Source: Felis catus (taxonomy: Eukaryota). From it: 64,000 nt of DNA. The notes under the pieces were generated by a model. The model ran no database searches. It was not told the DNA's origin and worked only from the letters and a program-made list of their open reading frames with translations. This document shows, one piece after another, positions 63,147 through 64,000 of this stretch; the first letter of the stretch is position 1; each line of letters begins with the position of its first letter. The position numbers and the translations under genes are program-made. The stretch lies in NCBI RefSeq assembly GCF_018350175.1, contig NC_058368.1, forward strand, positions 132,000,001 through 132,064,000. Reading direction: 5' to 3'.

Positions 63147-64000
63147 GCCCCTCCCCAGCTTGCACACATTCTCTCTAAAACAAAGCAAAGCAAAGCAAAA
63201 CAAAACACAAAAAGCAACCCTCCAATAACTTCCCATCTCACTCAGTTAAAAGCTAAAATCCTTTCCCAGTGGACTACATGGCTCTACATGGTCCAGTCTG
63301 CCAACTTCTCCAATCACATCTATGTGTTTTCATTTCCTACTGCCCTCCTCCTTGCAATTCCTTGAAACTCAACAAGTTTGCTCCTAATTCTGACTAGAAT
63401 TTTCTTCTTTATGCTTAGTTTCAAAATATTTTCATTTCTTCTCTAATTATCCTTTCTCCTCTAGTGAACTCATCCTTTCTCATGAGTTTGTGATCATTTC
63501 TCTACATAAATTCCAGGTCTTTGCTCATGATTCCAGTCCTCTTTTTCAGGAACCCCCCACTCAGTAAATGGCAGCTCAACCAATCCAGCTGCACATACTG
63601 GAGCCTCACAATCATCCTCAATGATGTCTTCTCCCTCATGTCCAATCTATTATAAAACACCGTGTCTTTTTTTCCCACATAAACAACATTCAGACCTGTC
63701 TAATTCTCATCTCCACTGCTAATACCTGGGTTCACTATTATCTCTCCTTCCTCATCTCTTTGCCACTGCCAATCAATTCCCCCCACTGCGGCCCAACTGG
63801 CCTTTTCTCAATGCAAATCTGATCCAGTCACAGACTGTTTACATGCTCTTAATGACTTCCCACACCTAGTAGACATAGACCATAATCCTTAACATGACTT
63901 ACATAGCCCTCCTGGCGTGGCCCTCATCCTTCACATTCCAGCCATAGCCGCCTTCTCTCCATTCCTCAGATGGCACTATGCTTACCCTTGCCATGGCCTG
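62450..64000 (+). mobile_element. L2 fragments with a nested Can-SINE (62966-63215, long (CT)n at 63090-63141)
   Basis: L2 motifs (tctccacagagcagccacagtaatctttcaaaa; ttactactctc-like tracts). SINE TSD AACCCTCCAATA at 62954-62965 and 63217-63228. Confidence 0.75.

Noticed and set aside
1091..63241. Recurring short ORFs such as MAQSVKRPTSAQVMIS... and ...GFEPRVGLCADSSEPG...
   Set aside because: All are Can-SINE translations, not a gene family.
19600..64000. Exons of the downstream neighbour expected from human synteny (ADAMTS6, minus strand)
   Set aside because: I recognised no thrombospondin, PLAC or metalloprotease-like peptide, so the gene probably lies beyond the window.

Overview
Mammalian genomic DNA, almost certainly a cat-family (Felidae) genome, because it is dense in felid-type tRNA-derived Can-SINEs and carnivore L1. 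It is AT-rich and repeat-rich. The only real coding sequence I can support is the last coding exon of CWC27 (+ strand, 18967-19129). The first ~19 kb is therefore CWC27's final intron, and the rest is intergenic sequence downstream of it. Other main features: a complete, TSD-flanked, dead FUNDC1 processed pseudogene (47238-48521); an orphan CpG-island-like promoter with NRF1, GC-box, CCAAT and CTCF-like motifs (~37.9-39.0 kb); an antisense solo-LTR-like element with ordered CCAAT-TATA-AATAAA inside the CWC27 intron; a nested palindromic MITE-like element (28.5-28.7 kb); a ~720-bp TA/CA array grown inside an L1 tail; and a 100-bp, 95%-identical dispersed duplication near 62-63.5 kb. Nearly all listed ORFs are artefacts of SINEs, microsatellites or old repeats. 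I found no convincing novel multi-gene system. The best leads are regulatory or structural. Gene and repeat-family names come from recalled sequences, not from a database search.
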